Positions 1-7,777 of a stretch of 23,616 bases of DNA are shown here, piece after piece. The position numbers and the translations under genes were made by a program. The notes under the pieces are model-generated. The model saw nothing but the letters and a program-made list of their open reading frames with translations. It did no database searches and was not told the origin of the DNA. The stretch lies in UHGV virus genome UHGV-1378242. One strand, 5' to 3'. Origin of the DNA: a virus. The stretch's first letter is position 1, and each line of letters starts with the position of its first letter.

Positions 1-2
1 GC

Positions 3-155
3 CTGATTATCACAAAGGGATATCCGAAGCGCGACGATTCCAGCCGCAGAATTGATATTCCGTATGACGGATATGAAATCAAGACAATCACACATCCCCA
101 CTTCGGCGATAAACCGGTAAAGGTGTTCGCGATAAAGGTGAATATTGATGGCTAA
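3..155 (+). CDS. 3' fragment of an upstream gene whose 5' end lies outside the window; hypothetical protein
   Basis: Frame 3 is open from the window edge to TAA at 153-155 (…GYEIKTITHPHFGDKPVKVFAIKVNIDG*). Its end overlaps the ATG at 148 of the next gene, suggesting translational coupling. Function not recognised. Confidence 0.3.
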   Translation: MIITKGYPKRDDSSRRIDIPYDGYEIKTITHPHFGDKPVKVFAIKVNIDG

Positions 156-486
156 ATCAGCAGCAGAGCGCAAAGCCGCTCAGAGAGCCAGACAAGCTGC
201 ATCTGGTGTGCGTAAGCTGGAAATTGTGCTTGATGCTCAGGAAATTGAAATGCTGGAGCGTAACTGTGCCACGCGTCGCCCCGGGCGTGCGCCTTACGAA
301 TTTGGTGAGTATATAGCGTTACTGATCCGCCAGGATGATGCACGCGTGCACGGGCGTATAAAATCGATCAGCAGAAAACGTTGCGGTAAGTGCGGCGAGA
401 GAGTTCCTGTGAATTCATGCCCGTGTGATGGTGACTCGCAATGCTGGGTGACTAAAGGCTGGCATGAAACGAAATTAATAGTGTGA
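148..486 (+). CDS. Hypothetical small basic protein with a C-terminal Cys cluster (CxxC-x8-CxC-x5-C), putative zinc ribbon
   Basis: ATG at 148 with GGTG 7 nt upstream; the track ORF 145..486 starts 3 nt earlier at TTG. 112 aa. Stop TGA 484-486 lies inside the palindrome GTGACATGTCAC. An intrinsic terminator follows at 536-561. Confidence 0.55.
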   Translation: MAKSAAERKAAQRARQAASGVRKLEIVLDAQEIEMLERNCATRRPGRAPYEFGEYIALLIRQDDARVHGRIKSISRKRCGKCGERVPVNSCPCDGDSQCWVTKGWHETKLIV

Positions 487-494
487 CATGTCAC
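483..494. repeat. Copy 1 of the perfect 12-bp palindrome GTGACATGTCAC
   Basis: Exact 12-mer also at 2748-2759 and 20073-20084. Each copy lies at the 3' end of a transcription unit, next to an intrinsic terminator hairpin. Confidence 0.6.
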
Positions 495-535
495 GAGTAG
501 ATTATGCATGATGAATTTGATGGGGTTTGAATACT

Positions 536-561
536 GCCGCCAACTATGGCGGCTTTATTTT
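536..561 (+). terminator. Rho-independent terminator
   Basis: GCCGCC (536-541), loop AACTAT, GGCGGC (548-553), then TTTATTTT. It sits inside the 5' extension of track ORF 527..1201, arguing that extension is not coding. Confidence 0.65.
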
Positions 562-568
562 GCATGGT

Positions 569-597
569 ACTATTACCACAACGGTAACTATTACCAC
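569..597 (+). repeat. Tandem direct repeat ACTATTACCAC (569-579 and 587-597) in the terS leader
   Basis: Two 11-bp copies 18 bp apart, between the terminator and the likely terS start at 605. Candidate promoter, activator or packaging-recognition element. Confidence 0.4.
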
Positions 598-604
598 GGT
601 GGTT

Positions 605-1201
605 ATGATGCCTGCTGAACCTAAAGCCTATAAACGCAAATCAACGCAATTTAAGCCACTAACAGCAATGCAGGAGGCTTATTGCCAGTCATACATCAAA
701 ACGCCTGAAAACCAGACTCAGGCAGCGATTAACGCAGGATTCTCCCCAAATACAGCGGCAGTTAAAGCCAGTGTCATGATGCGCGATGAACGCATTCAAA
801 AACGGATTGCCGAGTTGATGGAGGAGCGCAACAAACGAATGCGCGTCAGTGCTGATTACGTTCTCATGCGCCTGGTGGAGATCGACCAGATGGACGTGAT
901 CGACATCCTCAACGACGATGGGAGCCTTAAGCCAATCCGCGAGTGGCCGAAAATCTGGCGCACTACGCTTAGTGGCTTTGATCTGTCATCGACCATCATG
1001 AACATGAACGAGGATTCGATAGAGACAATCCTCAAAAAAATTAAATGGCCTGACAAGGTGAAGAACCTCGAACTGATTGGTAAGCACGTCGACGTCAACG
1101 CATTCAAAGAACGCCTGGATGTTAATGTGAATGTGACAATTGCTGATCGCATAGCGGCAGCCAGGAAGAGACTGAAAGAACGTCAGGATGGCAATCAGTG
1201 A
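605..1201 (+). CDS. terS: Terminase small subunit
   Basis: Immediately upstream of terL, with its stop overlapping the terL GTG start. About 198 aa with a helical N-terminal region. Start placed at ATG 605 (GGTGG just upstream) rather than track start 527, because of the terminator and repeats at 536-597. Family assignment is by position and size, not a verified motif. Confidence 0.7.
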   Translation: MMPAEPKAYKRKSTQFKPLTAMQEAYCQSYIKTPENQTQAAINAGFSPNTAAVKASVMMRDERIQKRIAELMEERNKRMRVSADYVLMRLVEIDQMDVIDILNDDGSLKPIREWPKIWRTTLSGFDLSSTIMNMNEDSIETILKKIKWPDKVKNLELIGKHVDVNAFKERLDVNVNVTIADRIAAARKRLKERQDGNQ

Positions 1202-2673
1202 CAGATACAGCGTTATCTCCTGAAGAGCAGTTAATCGAGGATATTGCAGGGTTCACTCACGATCCGCTTGGCTATGCCCTCTATGCGTTCCCGTGGGGGG
1301 AAGAGGGGACTGAACTGGCACATGCCACCGGCCCACGTCAGTGGCAGGCTGATGCGTTCCGAGAGATACGTGATCACCTGCAGAATCCAGAGACGCGCTA
1401 TCAGCCGCTTATGCTGGCACGCGCTTCTGGTCACGGTATTGGTAAATCCGCATTCATCTCAATGCTGATCAACTGGGGCATGTCCACTTGCGAGGATTGT
1501 AAGGTCGTGGTGACCGCCAACACCGACAACCAGCTACGAACGAAGACCTGGCCGGAAATTATCAAGTGGTCGAACCTTGCTATCACGAAAGACTGGTTTA
1601 CCTGTACCGCTACCGCGATGTACAGCAATGACCTAGGGCACGACAAGCGGTGGCGGGCTGACGCAATACCCTGGTCTGAGCACAACACCGAGGCATTCGC
1701 CGGACTACACAACGAGCGCAAACGCATCATCGTGGTATTCGATGAAGCGTCGAACATTGCGGATCTGGTGTGGGAAGTTGCTGAGGGTGCGCTTACGGAC
1801 GAAGACACGGAAATTATCTGGGTGGCGTTTGGGAACCCGACGCGTAACACCGGGCGCTTCCGCGAATGCTTCCGCAAGTACAAGCACCGCTGGAAGTGCG
1901 CGCAGATTGACAGCCGCACCGTGGAAGGCACAAACAAGCAGCAGCTGCAGAAATGGGTTGACGACTACGGCGAAGACAGCGACTTCGTGAAGGTCCGCGT
2001 GCGGGGGATCTTCCCTGACGCGTCAGAACTCCAGTTTATCCCAACAGGCCTTACAGACGAGGCCATGAAGCGGGTGGTTACCGCTGCGCAGGTTGCACAT
2101 GCTCCGGTGATAATCGGTGTTGACCCGGCATATTCAGGCGTTGATGACGCGGTGATATACCTGCGGCAGGGGCTACACAGTAAGGTGCTGTGGACTGGCA
2201 ACAAGACTACCGACGATCTGATTATGGCGAAGCGTATCGCTGACTTTGAAGACCAGTATCAGGCTGACGCGGTGTTCATCGACTTCGGTTACGGAACCGG
2301 TTTGAAGTCAATCGGTGATGGCTGGGGACGTACATGGCAACTTGTTCCGTTCGGTGGCGCGTCTACTGACCCGCAGATGCTCAACAAGCGTGGGGAGATG
2401 TTCAACTCATGCAAGACATGGCTGAGGCTCGGCGGCATGCTGGATGACCAGGAAACTGCAGACGACCTGTCGGCGGCAGAGTACAAAGTTCGTGTGGACG
2501 GTAAAATCGTTATCGAACCGAAGGAAGATATCAAGGAGCGGCTTGGGCGTTCGCCGGGTAAAGGCGATGCGCTACTGCTGACGTTTGCGTTCCCTGTGTC
2601 TAAGCGTCTGCGAATTCCCGGGCAGCAGAACCAGCAAGGCAAGGCCATTACAGATTATGATCCCTATGCTTAA
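1198..2673 (+). CDS. terL: Terminase large subunit (ATPase/nuclease)
   Basis: 491 aa. Walker A-like ARASGHGIGKS, Walker B-like IIVVFDEAS, and nuclease-domain acidic motif IIGVDPAYSGVDD. GTG start overlaps the terS stop (GTGA). Confidence 0.9.
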   Translation: MTDTALSPEEQLIEDIAGFTHDPLGYALYAFPWGEEGTELAHATGPRQWQADAFREIRDHLQNPETRYQPLMLARASGHGIGKSAFISMLINWGMSTCEDCKVVVTANTDNQLRTKTWPEIIKWSNLAITKDWFTCTATAMYSNDLGHDKRWRADAIPWSEHNTEAFAGLHNERKRIIVVFDEASNIADLVWEVAEGALTDEDTEIIWVAFGNPTRNTGRFRECFRKYKHRWKCAQIDSRTVEGTNKQQLQKWVDDYGEDSDFVKVRVRGIFPDASELQFIPTGLTDEAMKRVVTAAQVAHAPVIIGVDPAYSGVDDAVIYLRQGLHSKVLWTGNKTTDDLIMAKRIADFEDQYQADAVFIDFGYGTGLKSIGDGWGRTWQLVPFGGASTDPQMLNKRGEMFNSCKTWLRLGGMLDDQETADDLSAAEYKVRVDGKIVIEPKEDIKERLGRSPGKGDALLLTFAFPVSKRLRIPGQQNQQGKAITDYDPYA

Positions 2674-2723
2674 TCCGTTAGCGGGGATAATGACGGAGAT
2701 ATCCTCTGGTGAGGATAAAACAA

Positions 2724-2743
2724 AGCCAGCTCATCGGCTGGCT
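2724..2743. terminator. Intrinsic terminator hairpin, likely bidirectional and more convincing for the minus strand
   Basis: AGCCAGC (2724-2730), loop TCATCG, GCTGGCT (2737-2743). On the minus strand it is followed by TTGTTTTAT; on the plus strand by GTTTGTG. It lies between the convergent terL and the 123-aa minus ORF. A second hairpin ATCCTC-TGGT-GAGGAT is at 2701-2716. Confidence 0.5.
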
Positions 2744-2747
2744 GTTT

Positions 2748-2759
2748 GTGACATGTCAC
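2748..2759. repeat. Copy 2 of GTGACATGTCAC
   Basis: Exact 12-mer, 4 bp past the terminator hairpin and 5 bp from the end of the minus-strand ORF 2764..3135. Confidence 0.6.
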
Positions 2760-2763
2760 GGTG

Positions 2764-3135
2764 TTATTGCTCGCTTAACTTCTGCTTCAGCAAGTAACCT
2801 TCAAGCATCCAGATTTTGTTTACAGCATTCTGCCGGGCAATCTTCCGACCAATTTCCGCATCAAAGTTTTCCGGGCTTGCACAGGCGCTCTCTCCGGTGA
2901 CGGTGAAGCCGTTGCGCAGCACCAGGACGCAGAACGTCAGCAGAGAAAGTGATTCGTGCGGCTGGTAGTTTACCTCTCCGCCAGTATGTTTCGCTTTTAT
3001 GGCTACGCCAAAGGCACCATCTTCTGCTGTGAAATATGCCTCCTGAGCAATAATGCTCTCGATATGGTCTGGCGTAACGCGCGGCGCGGCTAAACCTTTA
3101 GCCTGAATTTCAGATTCAATGTCTTTGTCACTCAT
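2764..3135 (-). CDS. Hypothetical protein (123 aa), minus-strand moron between terL and portal
   Basis: ATG at 3135 with AAGGTGAG upstream. Opposite orientation to the flanking late genes and downstream of the tRNA on the same strand. Terminator hairpin just past its stop. Family not recognised. Confidence 0.6.
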   Translation of the reverse strand: MSDKDIESEIQAKGLAAPRVTPDHIESIIAQEAYFTAEDGAFGVAIKAKHTGGEVNYQPHESLSLLTFCVLVLRNGFTVTGESACASPENFDAEIGRKIARQNAVNKIWMLEGYLLKQKLSEQ

Positions 3136-3329
3136 AGTCTAATCTCACCTTAAAAAAATGCCCGGCGAACCGGAAGCAATGAGTTATGCCTTCCGTGGCT
3201 GTACTGGTTTACAGCATGAAGTCATCGCAATGGCGTCCTGCTGTAAAAAGGGCGGTGATAGTCCTTCAAGGGAAACCATCACCGCCAAGCACCTGGAACT
3301 TCTGGCATCACGGTCCTTAGGCGTGATTC

Positions 3330-3406
3330 TGGCGTGGCATGCAGGATTCGAACCTGCGACCAACCGCTTAGAAGGCGGTTGCTCTGTCCAACTGAGCTAA
3401 TGCCAC
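3330..3406 (-). tRNA. tRNA-Arg (anticodon UCU, reads AGA), phage-borne argU-like
   Basis: Minus-strand 77 nt: GTGGCAT-TA-GCTC-AGTTGG-AC-AGAGC-A-ACCGC-CTTCTAA-GCGGT-TGGTC-GCAGG-TTCGAAT-CCTGC-ATGCCAC-G-CCA. Perfect 7-bp acceptor stem, D-loop, T-loop GGTTCGAATCC, anticodon loop CU-UCU-AA and encoded CCA. It resembles E. coli argU as I recall it, with compensatory stem changes. Confidence 0.9.
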
Positions 3407-3728
3407 AACGCTGAGAGCACTTAGCCTGTTAAGGCGCCACACTTTGTCGCGGCTCCATAAATGCTCTCATCGTTGTACCCTCGTCTCTTCCGAGGCGTCA
3501 CACCGAATCGCCGGGATGGTGAATCCCCGTGCGCGGAATAAAACCGCTCGACTTGCACATTCCGGCTACCTGGTTCGTTTGCCCGAGCAAGGGAGGGTGC
3601 CCCTTAAACGTATCCAGACCGCTATCGGCGCATGTGCCATACGCCGTACTGCTCAAAATAAAAGCTCACTCCACCTGTTCAATTTAACGACAAGCCAGTC
3701 AGGTTAGTAACCGGAATGAACTCTTTGG

Positions 3729-3744
3729 TTACCTGAAAGGTAAT
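3729..3744. promoter_or_regulatory. Operator-like inverted repeat TTACC-TGAAA-GGTAA (16-mer TTACCTGAAAGGTAAT)
   Basis: The same 16-mer recurs at 22646-22661. It sits in the 430-bp non-coding region between the tRNA and the portal operon, next to palindrome GGTTAGTAACC (3702-3712) and direct repeat GGTAATAATTT (3739-3749, 3801-3811). Confidence 0.45.
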
Positions 3745-3833
3745 AATTTGTGCGTTAAATGTCAACTATCTACGATAAATAAATCATATGTGGTTAAATT
3801 GGTAATAATTTAATTGCGTACGGAGTCATTGAT

Positions 3834-4040
3834 ATGTGCATGGGTAGCTCACCATCAGTGCCTGCAACACCAGAAGTTCAGGCAGCACCACAGGAGCAGG
3901 ATGCCGCCGTTGTTGATGCCCGCGACGAAGAAACACGTCGCCGTCGCGTTGCTGCTGGTCGTAGTTCTACGCTGCTTACCGGTTCTCAGGGCGACACATC
4001 AACCGCTAATACCAGCGGTAAAACGCTGCTTGGTCAGTAA
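3834..4040 (+). CDS. Hypothetical small protein (68 aa) just upstream of portal
   Basis: ATG at 3834 preceded by CGGAGTCATTGA, the same context that precedes the portal ATG. Codon usage is host-like and the stop lies 14 nt before the portal start. Overlapping track ORF 3814..4053 judged spurious. Confidence 0.4.
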   Translation: MCMGSSPSVPATPEVQAAPQEQDAAVVDARDEETRRRRVAAGRSSTLLTGSQGDTSTANTSGKTLLGQ

Positions 4041-4054
4041 CCGGAGTCATTGAA

Positions 4055-5734
4055 ATGGCGGAAACAACTAAAGAGCGATTGAACAAACAGTTCGCACAAC
4101 TTGAAAGCGAGCGTCAGTCGTTCGAGCCGCACTGGCGCGAGTTGAGTGATTACATCAACCCGCGTGGTTCCCGCTTTCTGACTTCTGAGGTTAACCGTAA
4201 CGATCGACGCAATACACGCATTATTGATTCGACCGGGACTATGGCGGCGCGCACTCTCGCCAGCGGCATGATGTCAGGCATCACAAGCCCCGCGCGTCCG
4301 TGGTTTCGCCTGGCTACGCCAGATCCTGAAATGATGGATTATGGCCCTGTTAAGTTGTGGCTTGAGGCGGTGCAGAACCGCATGAACGATATGTTCAATA
4401 AGTCGAATCTCTATCAGTCGCTGCCGCAGTTATACGGAAGCCTCGGCACATACAGCACTGGTGCAATGGCAGTGCTGGAGGATGACGAGGACATCATTCG
4501 CACAATGCCATTCCCGATAGGCAGTTACTACCTGGCTAACTCACCTCGTGGCAGTGTGGACACCTGTTTTCGCAAGTTCTCTATGACTGTTCGTCAGCTT
4601 GTTCAGGAGTTCGGACTAAATAACGTCAGCGAATCCGTAAAAAGCATGTGGGAAAGCGGCACCTACGAGAAGTGGATTGAAGTGATGCATTCGGTTTACC
4701 CGAACATTGACCGCGATACATCGAAGCTGGATAGCAAGAACAAGCCATTCAAATCGGTTTATTACGAGGTTGGTGGCGATAACGACAAGTTGTTGCGTGA
4801 GTCCGGATTCGATGAGTTTCCAATTATGGCTCCGCGCTGGGAAGTTAACGGCGAAGATGTTTATGGATCATCATGCCCGGGTATGCTGGCGCTTGGATCT
4901 GTTAAGGCATTGCAGCTTCTTCAGAAGCGCAAGTCGCAGTTGATTGATAAAGCCACCAATCCGCCGATGGTTGCTCCGACTTCCCTCAAGAATCAGCGTG
5001 CCTCCCTTCTTCCTGGCGACATCACGTATATCGATCAGATTACTGGTCAGGATGGTTTCAGGCCTGCTTATCTGGTTAACCCCAGTACAGCAGATTTGGT
5101 GGCAGACATTCAGGACACTCGTCAAATCATTAACAGCGCCTACTTTGTCGATCTGTTCATGATGTTGCAGAACATCAATACCCGCTCGATGCCTGTTGAA
5201 GCGGTGATCGAAATGAAAGAAGAAAAACTTCTGATGTTGGGGCCGGTTCTGGAGCGTCTGAACGACGAATGTCTTAATCCTCTCATTGACCGCTCTTTCT
5301 CGATGATGGTGCGTAAAAACATGCTGCCGCCACCGCCAGACGTGATGGAAGGTATGCCCCTGAAGGTCGAATACATTTCCGTCATGGCTCAGGCGCAGAA
5401 GTCTATCGGCCTGTCCAGTCTGGCGTCCACGGTTAACTTCATTGGTCAACTTGCGCAAGCGAAACCAGAAGCTCTCGACAAACTCAACGTTGATCAGGCG
5501 ATCGATGCATTCGCTGATATGTCCGGAGTGTCTCCAACCGTCATTGTTCCGCAGGAACAGGTTGAGCAGGCTCGCCAGCAACGGGCACAGCAACAACAGC
5601 AGCAACAAATGATGGCGATGGGGATGGCGGCGGCACAGGGTGCCAAGACGCTAAGCGAAGCTAAAACTTCGGATCCGAGTGTTTTGTCAGCTATGGCGAA
5701 TGCAGTTAGTGGTCAGGGTGGGCAATCACAATGA
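4055..5734 (+). CDS. Portal (head-to-tail connector) protein, T7 gp8-like
   Basis: 559 aa, first gene of the coupled structural operon, followed by scaffold and capsid. Gln/Met/Ala-rich C-terminal tail (…QQQQQQQMMAMGMAAAQG…) resembles the T7 connector C-terminus as I recall it. GGAG 9 nt before the ATG. Confidence 0.8.
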   Translation: MAETTKERLNKQFAQLESERQSFEPHWRELSDYINPRGSRFLTSEVNRNDRRNTRIIDSTGTMAARTLASGMMSGITSPARPWFRLATPDPEMMDYGPVKLWLEAVQNRMNDMFNKSNLYQSLPQLYGSLGTYSTGAMAVLEDDEDIIRTMPFPIGSYYLANSPRGSVDTCFRKFSMTVRQLVQEFGLNNVSESVKSMWESGTYEKWIEVMHSVYPNIDRDTSKLDSKNKPFKSVYYEVGGDNDKLLRESGFDEFPIMAPRWEVNGEDVYGSSCPGMLALGSVKALQLLQKRKSQLIDKATNPPMVAPTSLKNQRASLLPGDITYIDQITGQDGFRPAYLVNPSTADLVADIQDTRQIINSAYFVDLFMMLQNINTRSMPVEAVIEMKEEKLLMLGPVLERLNDECLNPLIDRSFSMMVRKNMLPPPPDVMEGMPLKVEYISVMAQAQKSIGLSSLASTVNFIGQLAQAKPEALDKLNVDQAIDAFADMSGVSPTVIVPQEQVEQARQQRAQQQQQQQMMAMGMAAAQGAKTLSEAKTSDPSVLSAMANAVSGQGGQSQ

Positions 5735-6027
5735 CAGATTACGAAGATGATCAACTGAAAGAAGAAAACGCCCGTAAGCAACGTGACATGGCACAGCGTG
5801 AAATTGATGACATTCGCTTTGTCATGAGCAGTGAACAGGGGCGTCGCGTTGTCTGGTCGGTGCTGGAGAAAGGCCGTGTGTTTTCCGCTATCTCACCGAT
5901 GGACGCTATGGCAATGGCATTTAATGAGGGGCAACGCAATCTGGCGCTGGAACTGTTTCAGCGCGTTATGGCGCATTGCCCTGAACAGTATTTGAAGATG
6001 GCCAAAGAGGCCAGTGAACAGGAGTGA
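5731..6027 (+). CDS. Hypothetical protein (98 aa) between portal and scaffold
   Basis: ATG overlaps the portal stop (ATGA). Charged, helical-looking sequence. Confidence 0.55.
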   Translation: MTDYEDDQLKEENARKQRDMAQREIDDIRFVMSSEQGRRVVWSVLEKGRVFSAISPMDAMAMAFNEGQRNLALELFQRVMAHCPEQYLKMAKEASEQE

Positions 6028-6029
6028 TC

Positions 6030-6725
6030 ATGAATTTATTTGAGCGTTTGCTGTATCGCCGTCTTTGCAATGAGCAACCAGTCGATGGTGGAGCAGCTCC
6101 GGCTGCGTCAGAACCGTCAGCGCCTGCAGGTGATAACCCTGCTCCAGTTGGTGATCCATCACAACAGGAAGGTGATAAGCCACAACCTGTTGCTGATGGC
6201 GATAAACCTGCTGATGACAAAAAGCCTGAAAACGATAAGCAGGATGAAAAAAAGGACGGCGATAAACCAGAGGGTGCGCCTGAAAAGTACGAGTTTCAGG
6301 CTGCCGAAGGCGTAGAGCTGGATACAGAAGCGTTGAAGGAATTCGAGCCGGTGGCGCGAGAACTAAACCTGACCAACGAGCAAGCGCAAAAGCTGGTTGA
6401 TGCTTATCCGAAGATTCTGGCAGGTGTGCAGCAGCGCCAGGCAGAAGCCTGGCAGAAAACAACCGAGCAGTGGGCTGCTGATGTAAAAGCTGACAAAGAA
6501 ATCGGTGGCGACAAGTTGATTTCTAACCTTAGCGCCGCACAGCGTGCGCTTGACCAGTTCGGGACACCTGAACTCAAAGAATATCTGAACACCACCGGGC
6601 TGGGTAATCACCCTGATCTGGTCAAAACGTTCGTGAAAATCGGAAAGGCGATGTCTGAAGATGGCATGGTCACCGGTAGTAATGAAGGCCAGCGTAGTGC
6701 GGCCGAAGTGCTCTATGGCAAATAA
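6030..6725 (+). CDS. Putative scaffolding protein
   Basis: About 231 aa, immediately upstream of the capsid gene. Acidic, Pro/Ala/Asp/Lys-rich low-complexity N-terminal half and a helical C-terminal half. Start taken as ATG 6030 (GGAG 5 nt upstream) rather than GTG 6024. Confidence 0.6.
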   Translation: MNLFERLLYRRLCNEQPVDGGAAPAASEPSAPAGDNPAPVGDPSQQEGDKPQPVADGDKPADDKKPENDKQDEKKDGDKPEGAPEKYEFQAAEGVELDTEALKEFEPVARELNLTNEQAQKLVDAYPKILAGVQQRQAEAWQKTTEQWAADVKADKEIGGDKLISNLSAAQRALDQFGTPELKEYLNTTGLGNHPDLVKTFVKIGKAMSEDGMVTGSNEGQRSAAEVLYGK

Positions 6726-6733
6726 GAGAGGAA

Positions 6734-7726
6734 ATGACAATGGCTGTTAAAGGCTTAACTGCGCTAACGCTGGCTGACTGGGGTAAGCGCGTCGATCCAA
6801 ACGGGAAAGTCGATAAGATTATCGAGCTTCTCGGTCAAACTAACCCGATCCTTCAGGATATGCCTTTTGTCGAAGGGAACCTTCCTACCGGACACCGAAC
6901 CACCATTCGTTCTGGTTTACCTTCAGCTACCTGGCGTTTGCTGAACTATGGCGTACAGCCAAGCAAATCAACCACAGTGCAGGTAACCGATTCCGTTGGC
7001 ATGCTGGAAACCTATGCGGAAGTCGATAAGTCACTGGCTGATCTGAACGGCAATACCGCCGAATTCCGCCTTTCTGAAGACCGCGCATTTATTGAAGCGA
7101 TGAATCAGCAGATGGCGCAGACGCTGTTTTATGGTGATTCCAGCGTTAATCCTCAGCAGTTTATGGGACTGTCCTCCCGCTATTCCAGCCTGTCTGCGGG
7201 TAATGCTCAGAACATCATTGATGCTGGTGGCACGGGTACAGATAACACCTCAATCTGGTTAGTGGTGTGGGGCGAAAACACCGTGCATGGCATCTTCCCG
7301 AAAGGGCAGAAGGCTGGCATCCAGATGGAAGATAAAGGCCAGGTGACACTGGAAGATGCTAATGGCGGCAAGTACGAAGGCTATCGCACCCATTACAAAT
7401 GGGATAACGGACTTGCTCTGCGTGACTGGCGTTATGTTGTTCGCATTGCAAACATCGATGTCAGCAATCTTTCAGAACCATCCTCTGCCGCAAATATTGC
7501 GAAGTTGATGGTTAAAGCACTGCATCGCATTCCAAACCGTGGCATGGGCCGCCCGGTGTTCTACATGAACCGCACTGTAGGCCAGGCTCTTGATCTGCAG
7601 TCTCTGGAGAAAACATCTCTGGCTATCAGCGTAAAAGAGACAGAAGGCGAGTGGTGGACTTCATTCCGTGGTGTACCAATCCGTGAAACTGATGCGCTTC
7701 TGGAAACAGAAGCCCGCGTGGTGTAA
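6734..7726 (+). CDS. Major capsid protein
   Basis: 330 aa, directly after the scaffold gene, with a strong RBS (GAGG). Assigned by position and size in the portal-scaffold-capsid order. Alternative start at ATG 6740. Confidence 0.7.
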   Translation: MTMAVKGLTALTLADWGKRVDPNGKVDKIIELLGQTNPILQDMPFVEGNLPTGHRTTIRSGLPSATWRLLNYGVQPSKSTTVQVTDSVGMLETYAEVDKSLADLNGNTAEFRLSEDRAFIEAMNQQMAQTLFYGDSSVNPQQFMGLSSRYSSLSAGNAQNIIDAGGTGTDNTSIWLVVWGENTVHGIFPKGQKAGIQMEDKGQVTLEDANGGKYEGYRTHYKWDNGLALRDWRYVVRIANIDVSNLSEPSSAANIAKLMVKALHRIPNRGMGRPVFYMNRTVGQALDLQSLEKTSLAISVKETEGEWWTSFRGVPIRETDALLETEARVV

Positions 7727-7777
7727 CGCCTGTTATTAACCTGTGGGTCGTAACAGACCCACTAATGGAGAAAGAAG

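Noticed and set aside
483-494. GTGACATGTCAC as a CRP site
   Set aside because: The half-sites are separated by 4 bp rather than 6 bp, which does not fit TGTGA-N6-TCACA.
527-604. N-terminal 26 codons of the track's terS ORF (Thr/Ile-rich)
   Set aside because: They contain an intrinsic terminator and tandem DNA repeats; a proper RBS and ATG follow at 605.
3330-3406. tRNA gene as a prophage attachment site or prophage boundary
   Set aside because: Phage late genes lie on both sides (terL to the left, portal to the right) and no integrase or att-like tRNA 3' duplication is visible, so the tRNA is internal cargo.
3158-3707. Plus-strand ORFs 3158..3400 and 3444..3707 in the tRNA region
   Set aside because: The first overlaps the tRNA-Arg gene and the second lies in palindrome-rich non-coding DNA. 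Neither has an RBS or a plausible product.
4871-5608. 245-aa minus-strand ORF, plus many other antisense or alternative-frame ORFs inside large genes (for example 1431..1937, 6028..6462, 9279..9983, 13104..13724, 18135..18596)
   Set aside because: They lie fully inside well-supported, translationally coupled plus-strand genes, have no RBS or promoter context, and are typical shadow ORFs of GC-rich coding sequence.
5575-5615. CAG/CAA-rich run near the portal 3' end as a possible simple repeat element
   Set aside because: It is in frame and encodes a poly-Gln stretch of the portal C-terminal tail; coding low complexity, not a repeat element.
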